Source: Lingula anatina (lineage: Eukaryota; Animalia; Brachiopoda). Taken from it: 64,000 nucleotides of DNA. The stretch covers positions 992,001-1,056,000 of the forward strand of contig CM120640.1 of the NCBI GenBank assembly GCA_051362555.1, read 5' to 3'. The notes beneath the pieces were generated by a model. It did no database searches. It was not told the origin of the DNA and saw only the letters and a program-made list of their open reading frames with translations. Of the stretch, positions 54,601 to 64,000 are shown in pieces (position 1 is the first letter of the stretch; each line of letters begins with the position of its first letter). The position numbers and the translations under genes are program-made.

Positions 54601-56010
54601 GTATCTCCTGTCTATTTTTTCTACAGAATATATTTTATCTGACAGTTTTATCTTCTGTTGAGCATTCTTAATCCTTGCTCACCTTAACAAGAGATAACTA
54701 AGACATATACTCTTCAAAATAATCACCTTCTAGTTGCATTTGAAAAGTAATGCACATAAAGGAGATATATATTGCATTTTAATGTAGTCAGCACACACTA
54801 ACTTGATAATTATGTACATTAAGTAACTAACCTGTGGATGTAGTTTAGGGTCATACTAATGGCAATTGTGTGTTACAGCATTTTATGTAGCATTGCGACA
54901 TCAATCTTTTATCTTGACATAAGTAATTTACTGCTGTGGAATAATGAGAAATGGAATCTTTGAGGTCATTGCAAAAAACAATAAAAATAAAAATAAGAAA
55001 GAAAAAACAAAAAGAATGGAAGAGAGGACAACTTATAGCAGGATGCCAAATATATGATTTAGTGTTAGGCCCCATTCCAATAGACACCATCAGTCCATGT
55101 GGATCAATTCAGTTTAGCTGATTACACTTAGCAAGAATCTCCACAGAGTGGAGTCGATTTACAGAATTGACGGTGTCAATGGGAATGAGATCTAACTCAA
55201 CGAACTAGTCTGGTAGTAACAGTGGCAATTTAGTGCATGTTGTGTTTTAATTTAATGACAACTGCATGTAATTGTTCATAGTTTTAAAATTTAAAAACAG
55301 TTCTTGCTCTTTTTGAAGTTTTACGTGCATAGCATCGTAGCTTAAAGAGTGTGAATTCATACTGCTGGTGTAATTTCATTTTATAGTTTGATTTAATTGC
55401 AATTGGTAGACATAGCGAATATAAAACAGTAAGTCCCCTTTGCAAAATTGACCAGTCATTCACTTTTATCCCACCTATAGAGTTTGACTGTCAAATCTTA
55501 ATATCACTTAATTTCTAAAACCAGTCATGACATACTACTGGTAGTGACCACTACTACTCATGGACTTCATAACATAACATGCATTTTAACTCTGAAAACT
55601 TTGAACAAGTTGGCAATATTATCTCAAGATTATGATAAGAATAAAGCATTTATTTTTTGTTTAATCAACAGATCTAATTGGAATTGTTGTCTTTCTATTT
55701 TTTATATATCCATCTGAAGAGTAGCTTTGTTATCACGATATTGGAGGTTAACAAGAATTTCAGTACTATAGCTGTTGATTGAAAAAAAATACTGTTTTAT
55801 TCTTTGTTCCTAACTCTTCTGTTGGAAGTAATTTCTAAGGATTATGATAGCTTTTTTCTGCTCTTCTCTTCCAGGTACAAAAACACTTTTGGCACAACAA
55901 GCCCTATGCAAAGGCGGAGTCTGACCCTGAGTTCAGAGAGCCACCCCCGGGGCCTGATCACAATAGGAGGGGAGGATCTGGGCTCTGGAGACATGAGCGT
56001 CCAAGATTAG
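41860..56010 (+). CDS. PPP1R42: protein phosphatase 1 regulatory subunit 42 (LRRC67/TLRR), SDS22-like leucine-rich repeat protein
   Basis: Exons 41860-41994 (MVKLTMDMIAR..HYLKRLTHLYL), 42238-42407 (NLTVLYLYDN..NLTHLYLQNN), 42732-42870 (YLGGNSI..ENQNLPPGEKLLFDPRSL), 47018-47252 (GNPMCHKSKYRDRVI), 51181-51303 (EILDGKEI..RQFLENWQASK), 51665 or 51707-51781, 52115-52244, optional 52683-52727, and 55875-56010. The match to PPP1R42 as I recall it is strong; the C-terminal exons are less certain. Confidence 0.93.
42123..42293 (+). repeat. 88-bp duplication of a PPP1R42 branch point/acceptor plus exon start
   Basis: TAACTGA(C/T)ATG(T/C)TGGTTTTGTTTTCAG|GGAGAT..TATGTGCC..AATCTGA..GTTTTATATCTCTATGACAACA occurs at 42123 (decoy AG at 42149) and 42211 (real AG at 42237). 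Confidence 0.9.
43726..45413 (+). mobile_element. non-autonomous Helentron-type element (HINE, DINE-1/pearl-like) with internal ~160-bp tandem repeats, copy 1
   Basis: Inserted in a T-run. It has a 5' hairpin ATGTACAGACACAGATGTGTCTGTACAT, a (GTCGCC)n microsatellite, 4 plus 1 diverged ~160-bp core repeats, and a 3' subTIR TGTCTGTACAT followed by a short hairpin (CAGCTTTGCTG) and TT. Confidence 0.88.
47284..47430. mobile_element. short MITE (CAGGCC(C/T)GTAGCCAG-type TIR)
   Basis: TCAAGCCTGTAGCCAG ... CTGGCAACAGGCCTGA inverted termini; the interior is shared with 18225-18345. Confidence 0.72.
50155..50208. repeat. (TA)n microsatellite
   Basis: Perfect dinucleotide run. Confidence 0.95.
50256..50492 (+). 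mobile_element. short HINE of a second family nested in HINE copy 2
   Basis: TTACCTC..CTCTGCCAAGGGGGTTATATTTTCACCCCTGTTTGTCTGTC ... CCTTGGCAGAGGTCTGCACTCTCAAAGTGCTTTTCTAGTT: a subTIR pair, a GTCT-type microsatellite seed and a 3' hairpin. Confidence 0.75.
51538..51658. repeat. (GA)n(GT)n compound microsatellite directly upstream of a PPP1R42 acceptor
   Basis: Direct reading. Confidence 0.95.
55067..55192. mobile_element. short MITE-like element with GGCCCCATTCC termini
   Basis: GGCCCCATTCCAATAGACACCATCA ... TGACGGTGTCAATGGGAATGAG imperfect inverted termini. Confidence 0.6.
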
Positions 56011-56724
56011 GGATTTAAACACAAACAAACAAACAGCTCTGATGTCAAAATGTTAAGGGGGAGTGTTGTTTGTTATATCTGCAATCTGGGAGGTCACTTT
56101 CCATTCATGGTTGATATATTTTAAAATCAAAATGTATTATGAAAATATACTAGTACCTGGTATGGTTTTAGAGTGGAGATATGGCTTTTCAAGAATGAAA
56201 GAAAGGCGAAAAAACCTTTTGATATCAAAATATCTGATGAAAATGAAGTATACCCCAGTAAATAAGCTGCATATTTTTATTGAATTTTATTATTGTGTAA
56301 TGCTATTGTGTATGCAGTGTTATATGTAGTATGATAAGTGTCACAGCTGCTTAAGGCTTCATGCACAGTATGCAGTTTGATGCCATTTGCTCGAGATTTT
56401 GCAGTTTTACAGATATTTCTGATACCATGCCCATGACTGCACAGCATCAACTCAGGAGTATTTAGGGAACTTTGCTCAACTACCTGATAGATTTCTGTGC
56501 CACAAAAGCCATGTTACTTCCCTACAGTTGTGAGGTATTTATACATGGACATGTATATCAGCAATACTGTCACATTCTAGTTGTATGGTAGACAAGCTTG
56601 GTCCTGGCATTGTTACTGCTGATATTGTATTGTAACAATAACTGTGATTAATTGCTCAAAACAATTAGCAGATATTACAATGATTACAATTGATGCTGCA
56701 ATATTTTATGTTGTAACTATGAAA

Positions 56725-56770
56725 ATTATTATTATTATTATTATTAATATTATTATTATTATTATTATTG
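56725..56770. repeat. (TTA)n microsatellite
   Basis: Direct reading. Confidence 0.9.
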
Positions 56771-57385
56771 TTTTAAGCATGAAATAAGTAATAACAAATA
56801 TTTGTACTACAGATATTTTCCAGAGCTTCATTTGTAGTCCTTACTTTAAGTATTTTATATTTAGATAGTGTGAAGAAGTTGTAAGTAGTGGGTCTGTAGT
56901 TGAAAATAACTTATTTTGCTGCATGTTGAAAATCTGGCTCCTGAAGCAATAACTGACATCCATCCTTCTAGACAAACCTATTGCATTGACATTAAATGTT
57001 CAGAGACATGTCACAAAATCTGCCATTTATTTATTTATATTGATGATTATTATTATGATTATAATAATTATTTTTTGCAAAAAAAAGTAACAAATGTTGT
57101 TGAAGCCAACCCTTTAATGCCATTATAGAAAAAGATAACCCAGTAATAACTGAATGTTCTGTTCAATATCCAAGCTAATCTGGAATCTCATATCACCACC
57201 ATAGTATGTGGGAATGTAGGGGTTGCTAGGTAACATGGATAACTTATCCATTTCTCGTCGGAAATTATCAGTGAAGATAGGCCCCAGGTCAACTGGAGCA
57301 TCAGTATTTGTCTTCTAAAAGTAAATAGTGGTGATAATGTTGGCAGTGGGGCTCTTGATGACAATTTTATTGGTTGACATTGTTT

Positions 57386-57500
57386 GGCCCCATTCAGAAC
57401 AGTGGACTAACTAGTATGAGGGTCAAAGCATTTGTAGTGGCAAGCTTTGTAGTGGGTCCCCATATTTGACCCTCAGACTAGTTAGTCCACTAGATGTGGC
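57386..57500. mobile_element. MITE family B, copy 2 (degenerate)
   Basis: GGCCCCATTCAGAACAGTGGACTAACTAGT..AGGGTCAAA ... TTTGACCCTCAGACTAGTTAGTCCACT. Confidence 0.75.
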
Positions 57501-57525
57501 CTGTTTTATTTATCACTGGAAGACT

Positions 57526-57768
57526 TAAACCTAGGTCCCAACTACGTTTTGGACGCACGGTTTATAGTTTCCTTGCATCTAGCTAGGACGTAGCTAGATC
57601 GCAGGGAAGGAATCAAGTAATTGGTGAAAAGTTTCTTCGTGGTGTTTGCATCCTCCAAAAGTCGCACGATAGACGTGCTTCTCATGCACAAACTCCCATG
57701 TTTTCCCCATTTTTTTGGCAGTAGACCACACGTAGCTGCCCGTACATTCGGTTGGGACCTAGGCTTTA
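57526..57768. mobile_element. MITE-like element with ~17-bp TIRs
   Basis: TAAACCTAGGTCCCAAC ... GTTGGGACCTAGGCTTTA; the interior is CpG-rich in a CpG-poor context, suggesting a recent insertion. Confidence 0.7.
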
Positions 57769-59347
57769 GTAGGTTGTATTAAAGGAGAGTCTCATGAAAG
57801 CACATACATGGTATGATAGTCCTGCTTTACACTTTTGTCTCTGGAATACAAATCTGTCCTCGCTTGTAATTTGAGAGAGATCTAACATTGGCATTTTATA
57901 TAGAAAGTTATACACACACCAGCCTTAATAGTGTTGTTCAAAGTTGAACTCTGCAATTTATTGACAATCAGTCTTTTTAATGATGCAAAACATTTTTTTT
58001 TTTTTTTGCTTTAACTTTTTAATCTTAACACATTTAAATTGAGAAAATTGTAAGCAATAATATCTGCTATGGAATCTTATTTAGAGCATAATTGAAAGTT
58101 TGTCAAAGTTTTTAATGATTATTTACTTTTTGAAGGCTTTTACTTTGTTGTTGTACCTTCTGAAAAAGTCTTTGAATCACCTATGGAGTGGTAATACTAC
58201 ATTTGTTTTTATTTGCTCTAAGCTTATTTTTACCCAACAGTTCCTGCAAATTAAGACACACCTTTTAGCTACTAATAGACATTTTATGTAAGGTTTTAAA
58301 GAAAATCACTTGCTCAAGAAAGTAAAAGACGGACAATGAAGACATGCATCACCGCTGTGATTTTTCCTCTCAGCACGCCCAGTATTGTACACTTATTGCT
58401 CAACTGCTGTTAGGATTCTTGTAATTAAAAAGAAAAAAAAAAACAACACTTTGAAGTGCAGAGCAGTAAGAGTGGAGATATTGTAATATGTTGGAGACAG
58501 GAGTCTGTCACTGTGGACTGTACCAAAGCTACTTTTGTATTAATTGAAGGTGGTCATTCCACGGTATTCTGCCCTAGTTATATACCCCCCCCCCCCCCCC
58601 ATATCAATATCTTGTAGCCCATATTTATATATCCCACCCCACTGAGAATTGGGGGTCAGGGGGAGGCAGCAAACCTTTTTGAACTTTTTGATTGCCAGAA
58701 ACAGAATTGGCAGCGTGATCTGGAGAGAATAAGTTGTAATGAAAGGGAAAATACTGTGGAATATGTCCAGTGAATAGAGTTTGTATCCTGTCACTGTTCT
58801 AGAAATGAGTACATTGTTCTATTTTTTTGCATTAAATGCAGTGTTTAATTATCATTTCAGAGTGTTAAATAAAAATACTATTCAATCCCTTGTGTTTGTT
58901 AACTATTTAAAAGAATCCTTATATTGATTAATAAGACACACCTACCTACCTTCACATGTTCAATATTGAATGTATACAAAAAGTAAAAACTATGTTATAT
59001 TAGGTATAAAAATCAATTGCAGATACAGTATAATGGATGTACGTAGTACATGTAGGTTAAAAAAAGAATCAATGCCATTTTTTCTAGGTTCAAAGCCTCC
59101 TGTTATATAATCAAATATCTTGTATTTTCTTATGTCTCACAAATCCCTGTTACGTCGTTCTGAAATTGTATATATACAAAAATTAAAAGATTGATATAAA
59201 ATGTTTTTTTCAATTTGCTCTATATTTACTTTAAATATTAATATTATATATAAAAATGGAAACAACTCGCTATTGCACTGAAAGGCAGGCAAACTAAAGC
59301 AACTCAAGTGCCCCAAAGTTAATGTCTAGAATCAGTTGCCATGAGCG

Positions 59348-59635
59348 TTTTTAGAAGAACTACACTAACTTCTGGTTGCCAGGTTTGTTTTTGAAGACCT
59401 ACACTATAAGTTCTGGTTGCCAGGTTTGTTTTTGAAGAACTACACTAACTTCTGGTTGCCAGGTTTGTTTTTGAAGAACTACACTAACTTCAGATTGCCA
59501 GGATCGTTTTTGAAGACCTACACTATAAGTCCTGGTTGGCAGGTTCGTTTTTGAAGAACTACACTAACTTCTGGTTGCAAAGGATCGGTTTTGAAGAACT
59601 ACACTTACTTCTCGTTGCCAGGGTCGTTTTTCAAT
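59348..59635. repeat. ~40-bp minisatellite, about 7 copies
   Basis: Unit TTTTTGAAGAACTACACTAACTTCTGGTTGCCAGGTTTG with variants. Confidence 0.9.
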
Positions 59636-60093
59636 AAACAAACCTGGAAATGAAACCCTAGACACTATCTTCAGCGCAATTCGGGATTCAAATTATCCAT
59701 TTATTAAGATTACTTTACAGTAATTTTCCCTTCAAGTTAGTGATATTTAAAGTAAAAATTACAGATGAAGATGTATGCACCTTACTGTAGAAAAGACGTG
59801 TCCCCATATCGCAGCATCTAACAATTGTGACTACTTTCTCACGTATTATGACTCAGTGCATGATCTAATTTAACGATTAATGGAGTACATATATTTCAAA
59901 CGCGCTACTGTTTATTATGCTTAACGATTACAAGACACCTTCGCTTTATCCTAGCTTAAAAATTAGCCATTTTCTAAACAACTGACATTTACAAAACAAT
60001 TTCAAAACCTTGTCGCCCTTCATTTGAAGAAATAATACCTACTATTCAAATGTCAAAAAATCTTTTTGACGGTGGCCTAGTGCGAGCCTTATT

Positions 60094-63000
60094 TTACCAA
60101 TTATATTGATCCATTATTTGTCTCCCGTGATATGAGGGCGGGTCCACGTGGCGCGAGTACCTTGGATTCCCCTTCTGAACTGGGTGACGGTCTCCCTGTG
60201 CCTCAACCTCTGGCGGGTACCTGCTGGGCCCTGAGGGTTGAGTACGGCCATAACGGTTAGGACGTGACGAGGAAGAGGTGTCATGATTTCCTCCATAACG
60301 GTGGCGATTGTAGCGTATTTTCCCAGGCACATAGGTTTTCTCCTGGCGGCCCTGTTCAGTACAACCTGGTTTTCTTGGGTCACGTGCTGCTGAGTTTCCA
60401 TAGTCCCCACTGTCGTAGTGCTCTAATTCTTCCATCTGTATTGCCTCTCGGGACTTTCCCGCCAAGGTCGTATACCTATCCGATGTTTCGCTGTCAATGC
60501 TGGTTTGAGAGGAGAATGCACTGTCAACGCTGTCTTGTCTGGAACTGGAGCGTTCTTCAGACATATTGCTCCTGATGGACTTACTGCTCATGTGAAACAG
60601 TTTGTGTTCGTCCTCGGTCTGGTTGTTCTTCTTCCTGATTTTGTTCAATAAAGAATTACATTGTTTAATTAATTTCCAAATGAATCATATCTTATTTGTA
60701 AAAAATGCTTTGAATTGTAAATGGATTTCCAAAAGACGCGACAAAATATCTTTCGTAGTTTGCAGTGTATGGTGTTGTGAGTGTATTTCTACTCAAAAGA
60801 CGACAAAAGCGCTTGCTTTTCCTCTCTATTTTACGTTTTGCAATGTATCCAACTCACAGGTCTAAAGAAAACTTGAAAATGACAAATCAGAAATAAGTGA
60901 TTTTCAAAGACTACAGGTACCTTTTCCCTCTGCACACTATCGCCAACATGATACAACCAACGACTACCAGAACCAATACAACAACGGCGGCAATGATAAT
61001 CCACAATATATCTATATAAAAAAAGATAAAAAAAGAAATATGAACAACTGCCTCACTCTTTTGAAGATACCCTTCATATTCAAGATTACAGCTAATAGAT
61101 GAATTCATACGAAAATAAAAAGCACACTGACTGATGAGTGTTACAAAACTATGTCATGACAGTAAAAAAAAAGAGATATGAACAACTGCCTAACTTTTTT
61201 GAAGCTTTGTGAACTAAATTAAATCATATTAAAAATAAAACGCTTAGTTACTGATCAGCATTTCAAGACTAGCAAAGTTTAAAACACATTAAATGTATTG
61301 AAATTCCCCGGGAATGCAAAATCACATTTTACTTCTAATAGTGATGAATGGAATTTTTATTTTTAATCGAGGAATTTGGAACATTAATCTGTCGGATTTT
61401 TCGTTCTTTTTAAGTAAAAAAGCTTTGACAAAAAGCATACAGATTTCTATAGAAAAAGCAGTGCTTCGTTCATCTAATGACTGTGATTTTTACAAGCACA
61501 ACCCAAGTTGTTGATATGGTTATATTAAAATTGGTTACTTATACAGAATTACTTACCCTGTGAATTCAGTATTTCTGTCGGATTGTTTTTACCTTCTTGA
61601 GACGTGAATCCTAGGAAACAGAAAGGACGAAATGAAATGTCTGAAATATATATTATAACACTTAAGAAGTTGTTTTATCTTCTGACGGTACAAGTAGATC
61701 ATGAATAATGAAATACAAAAACAAAAAAAATGGACAAAAATTACTTCGAAAAGAGAGGGGGAGAAAATTTGATTAATGACTTTTCTGTCGCTTCACATGA
61801 ATATTCACTATAGGTATATATGGCTGGGTTAGTCGTACATGTAATAAGGTTATGAGTCAATACATAAAGTTGGCTATCAAATGGAACTTTCTGATTGAGC
61901 ATTCCTGATAAACCAGATATTTGCTGCTAGATAGTCCAAACACTAGTGCCCCAAAGAAGATATCGCCATTTTCACAATCAGAAATTGATACCAAATCTGC
62001 GGTCAAGGAGTAGCAGGGGGAGCAAAGGGGGAGGGGAGGATGATCATGTTCACCAAAAACAGACACGTGCCTCGCCAACCCCGAACATCAGAGCACCTTC
62101 GCCTCACCCACCCCCCCGCCTTAGTTTACTTTTGGTGATCCCTTGCAATTAGCCTGCGTCTTGCCAGCTTTGGCTTCTTACTCAGATCAGAATGATTTAT
62201 GATATAAATAATGGATAGGTGATTAATAATTCTTTTATAATTTCATTACCAATTATGAACAATAATAATTCTTTTTTACAATTTTCCACACACGCATGTT
62301 GTTTGAAACTCGACTACAATAGTCAGATTGTAATATTTAGAAAAAACGTAAAATAAATACACAAGTCTTAAACAAGTTTATTTGTCAGTTGTTTGGCTTA
62401 TCAAGATCTTATTTTGAGAACAGTTAATAATTCTGTTTCCAAATTATACAAATTATAAACCTTGTATTTAGTATAAACAGCTATGCAGGGTTTGCAAATG
62501 CAAGGTTTTAATTCTTAACATATTTACCCGTGCAAGATGGAGGTTCGGAACTCCAACTCCCGTTATTCATACAAACTGCTGTTGAACTCCCTGCCAATAC
62601 CAAGTCTCCATCACTACAAGTGTATGTTAACGTGCTGCCAAACACCAAAGAATCATACGTCACAACCACTGTGTCTGGTAACTTTGGTAACTGACAGGTA
62701 ACAACTAAAGAGAATAAACAAAAAATAAAACATATTTAGCTCTGAAAAAGTTACCCCCCCCCCCAAAAAAAAAAAAAAAAAAATTATTAGATCCTACAAA
62801 GGTCCATAAAATTTCAAGAAATTTGCTGGATTTAAACTTCAGTATGGGTATGATCATTCACTTCTCTTGGTCACTTTTGCCTAAAAGTTGCTCTTTTTAA
62901 TAATATGCTCCAAATGGCTACTGCGGCATTGGAGTCACAATTGCAAACGTTTCAAAAATTTGTCAATTACTCGACCACATTCCTCCTTCGGCATCTACCC

Positions 63001-64000
63001 GAGCCACCTTCAGTTTACCAATTGTTTGAGGGTTATTCTTGAACAAATTATCCTTGACATACCCCCTATATACATTATTATAATCGAGTGCTGTTTTTTT
63101 AATGTCCTATTTTCCACGTGAAGGCGGGCGAAATATCTGTAGGCAGATCAGGAGCGTTCACAATGATGTTAAGCTTATTTAACTACAATATTGATGTTGT
63201 TTTATAATTTTACATAAATGTGCAGTACATAATCTTAACCCATTTTGAATAAAAAAATTAAAGACTAATATAACTTACTGGAACACGTATTTCCATTTCC
63301 AAAATAACCAATTTCACACTGGCACTTGTAGCTTCCAAAGGTGTTACTACAAACCACATGTTTGCCAGAACAGTTGTGTTGGCCATTGCTACATTCATCC
63401 ACATCTACAAAAAATATCAAAAACCATCACACGCTTGATTTTATTAGTTTTATCGAGGAATTTTCATTTTCCCCTTTCTTCTTTTACCATGACGCTATAT
63501 TCCACCTTGACCATTATTTTGTAATGGGTATGTTCCTCAAACTATGCATTTACCACTCAGTAAACACGATACTTGCTGCAACGAACAATAATCTTTGAAA
63601 TTTAATGGAGCGAACTTCATTGCATAAATAAATCTTGGCACATAAAATACGTACCTTCACAAATATAGCCGTCTCCATTATACCCAAAATCACATGTGCA
63701 GGTATATCCACCATTGGTATTGGTACAACTAGCTGAGGAGCTGCAGTTGTTGGTTGTTTGGCATTCATCAATATCATTACAGTTGTAGCCATCACCAGTG
63801 TAGCCAGAATTACAAAAGCAGGTAAAACCACCATTGGTATTGGTACAGCTAGCTAAGGCGCTGCAGTTGTTGGTTGTTTTGCATTCATCAATGTCACTAC
63901 ATGTGTAACCATCACCGGTGTAGCCAGAATTACAAGAGCAGGTATAGCCACCATTGGTATTGGTACAGCTAGCTAAGGAGCTGCATTTCTTGGTTGTTTT
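60094..64000 (-). CDS. single-pass type I membrane protein with calcium-binding EGF repeats and a sushi/CCP domain (3' part; the gene continues beyond the window)
   Basis: Exons: 63655->64000 (tandem [22 protein letters not shown]); 63279-63404 ([22 protein letters not shown]); 62528-62704 (sushi: [32 protein letters not shown]); ~61557-61610; 60921-61011 (TM: [30 protein letters not shown]); 60094-60634 (cytoplasmic tail). Confidence 0.88.

Overview
AT-rich eukaryotic DNA with spliceosomal GT-AG introns, most consistent with a marine invertebrate (a lophotrochozoan such as a mollusc is my inference). In order, the window holds: a 5'-truncated L2/CR1-type LINE; a decayed SGNH-hydrolase fragment; a GT32 glycosyltransferase pseudogene split by a MITE (absent from the ORF track); a small secreted six-cysteine defensin-like peptide gene; a 5-exon cytosolic sulfotransferase; a 2-exon HtrL/YibB-family gene; an uncharacterised 454-aa single-exon ORF; the meiotic crossover gene SHOC1 (minus strand, about 21 exons, two large repeat-expanded exons) head-to-head with PPP1R42/LRRC67; and the 3' part of an EGF-Ca/sushi single-pass membrane protein gene. 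Many MITEs and two Helentron-type (HINE) elements with 160-bp internal tandem repeats are present. The most unusual signals are: tandem duplications centred on splice sites at four junctions in three genes; an array of GGTCAnnnTGACC (ERE-consensus) palindromes at the SHOC1 3' end; a TQ-rich repeat exon in SHOC1; an intronic antisense cassette with a small RING ORF; and a candidate 45-nt exon supplying an RVxF PP1-docking motif to PPP1R42. Family assignments come from motif recognition by eye, not database searches, and exon coordinates were read manually.
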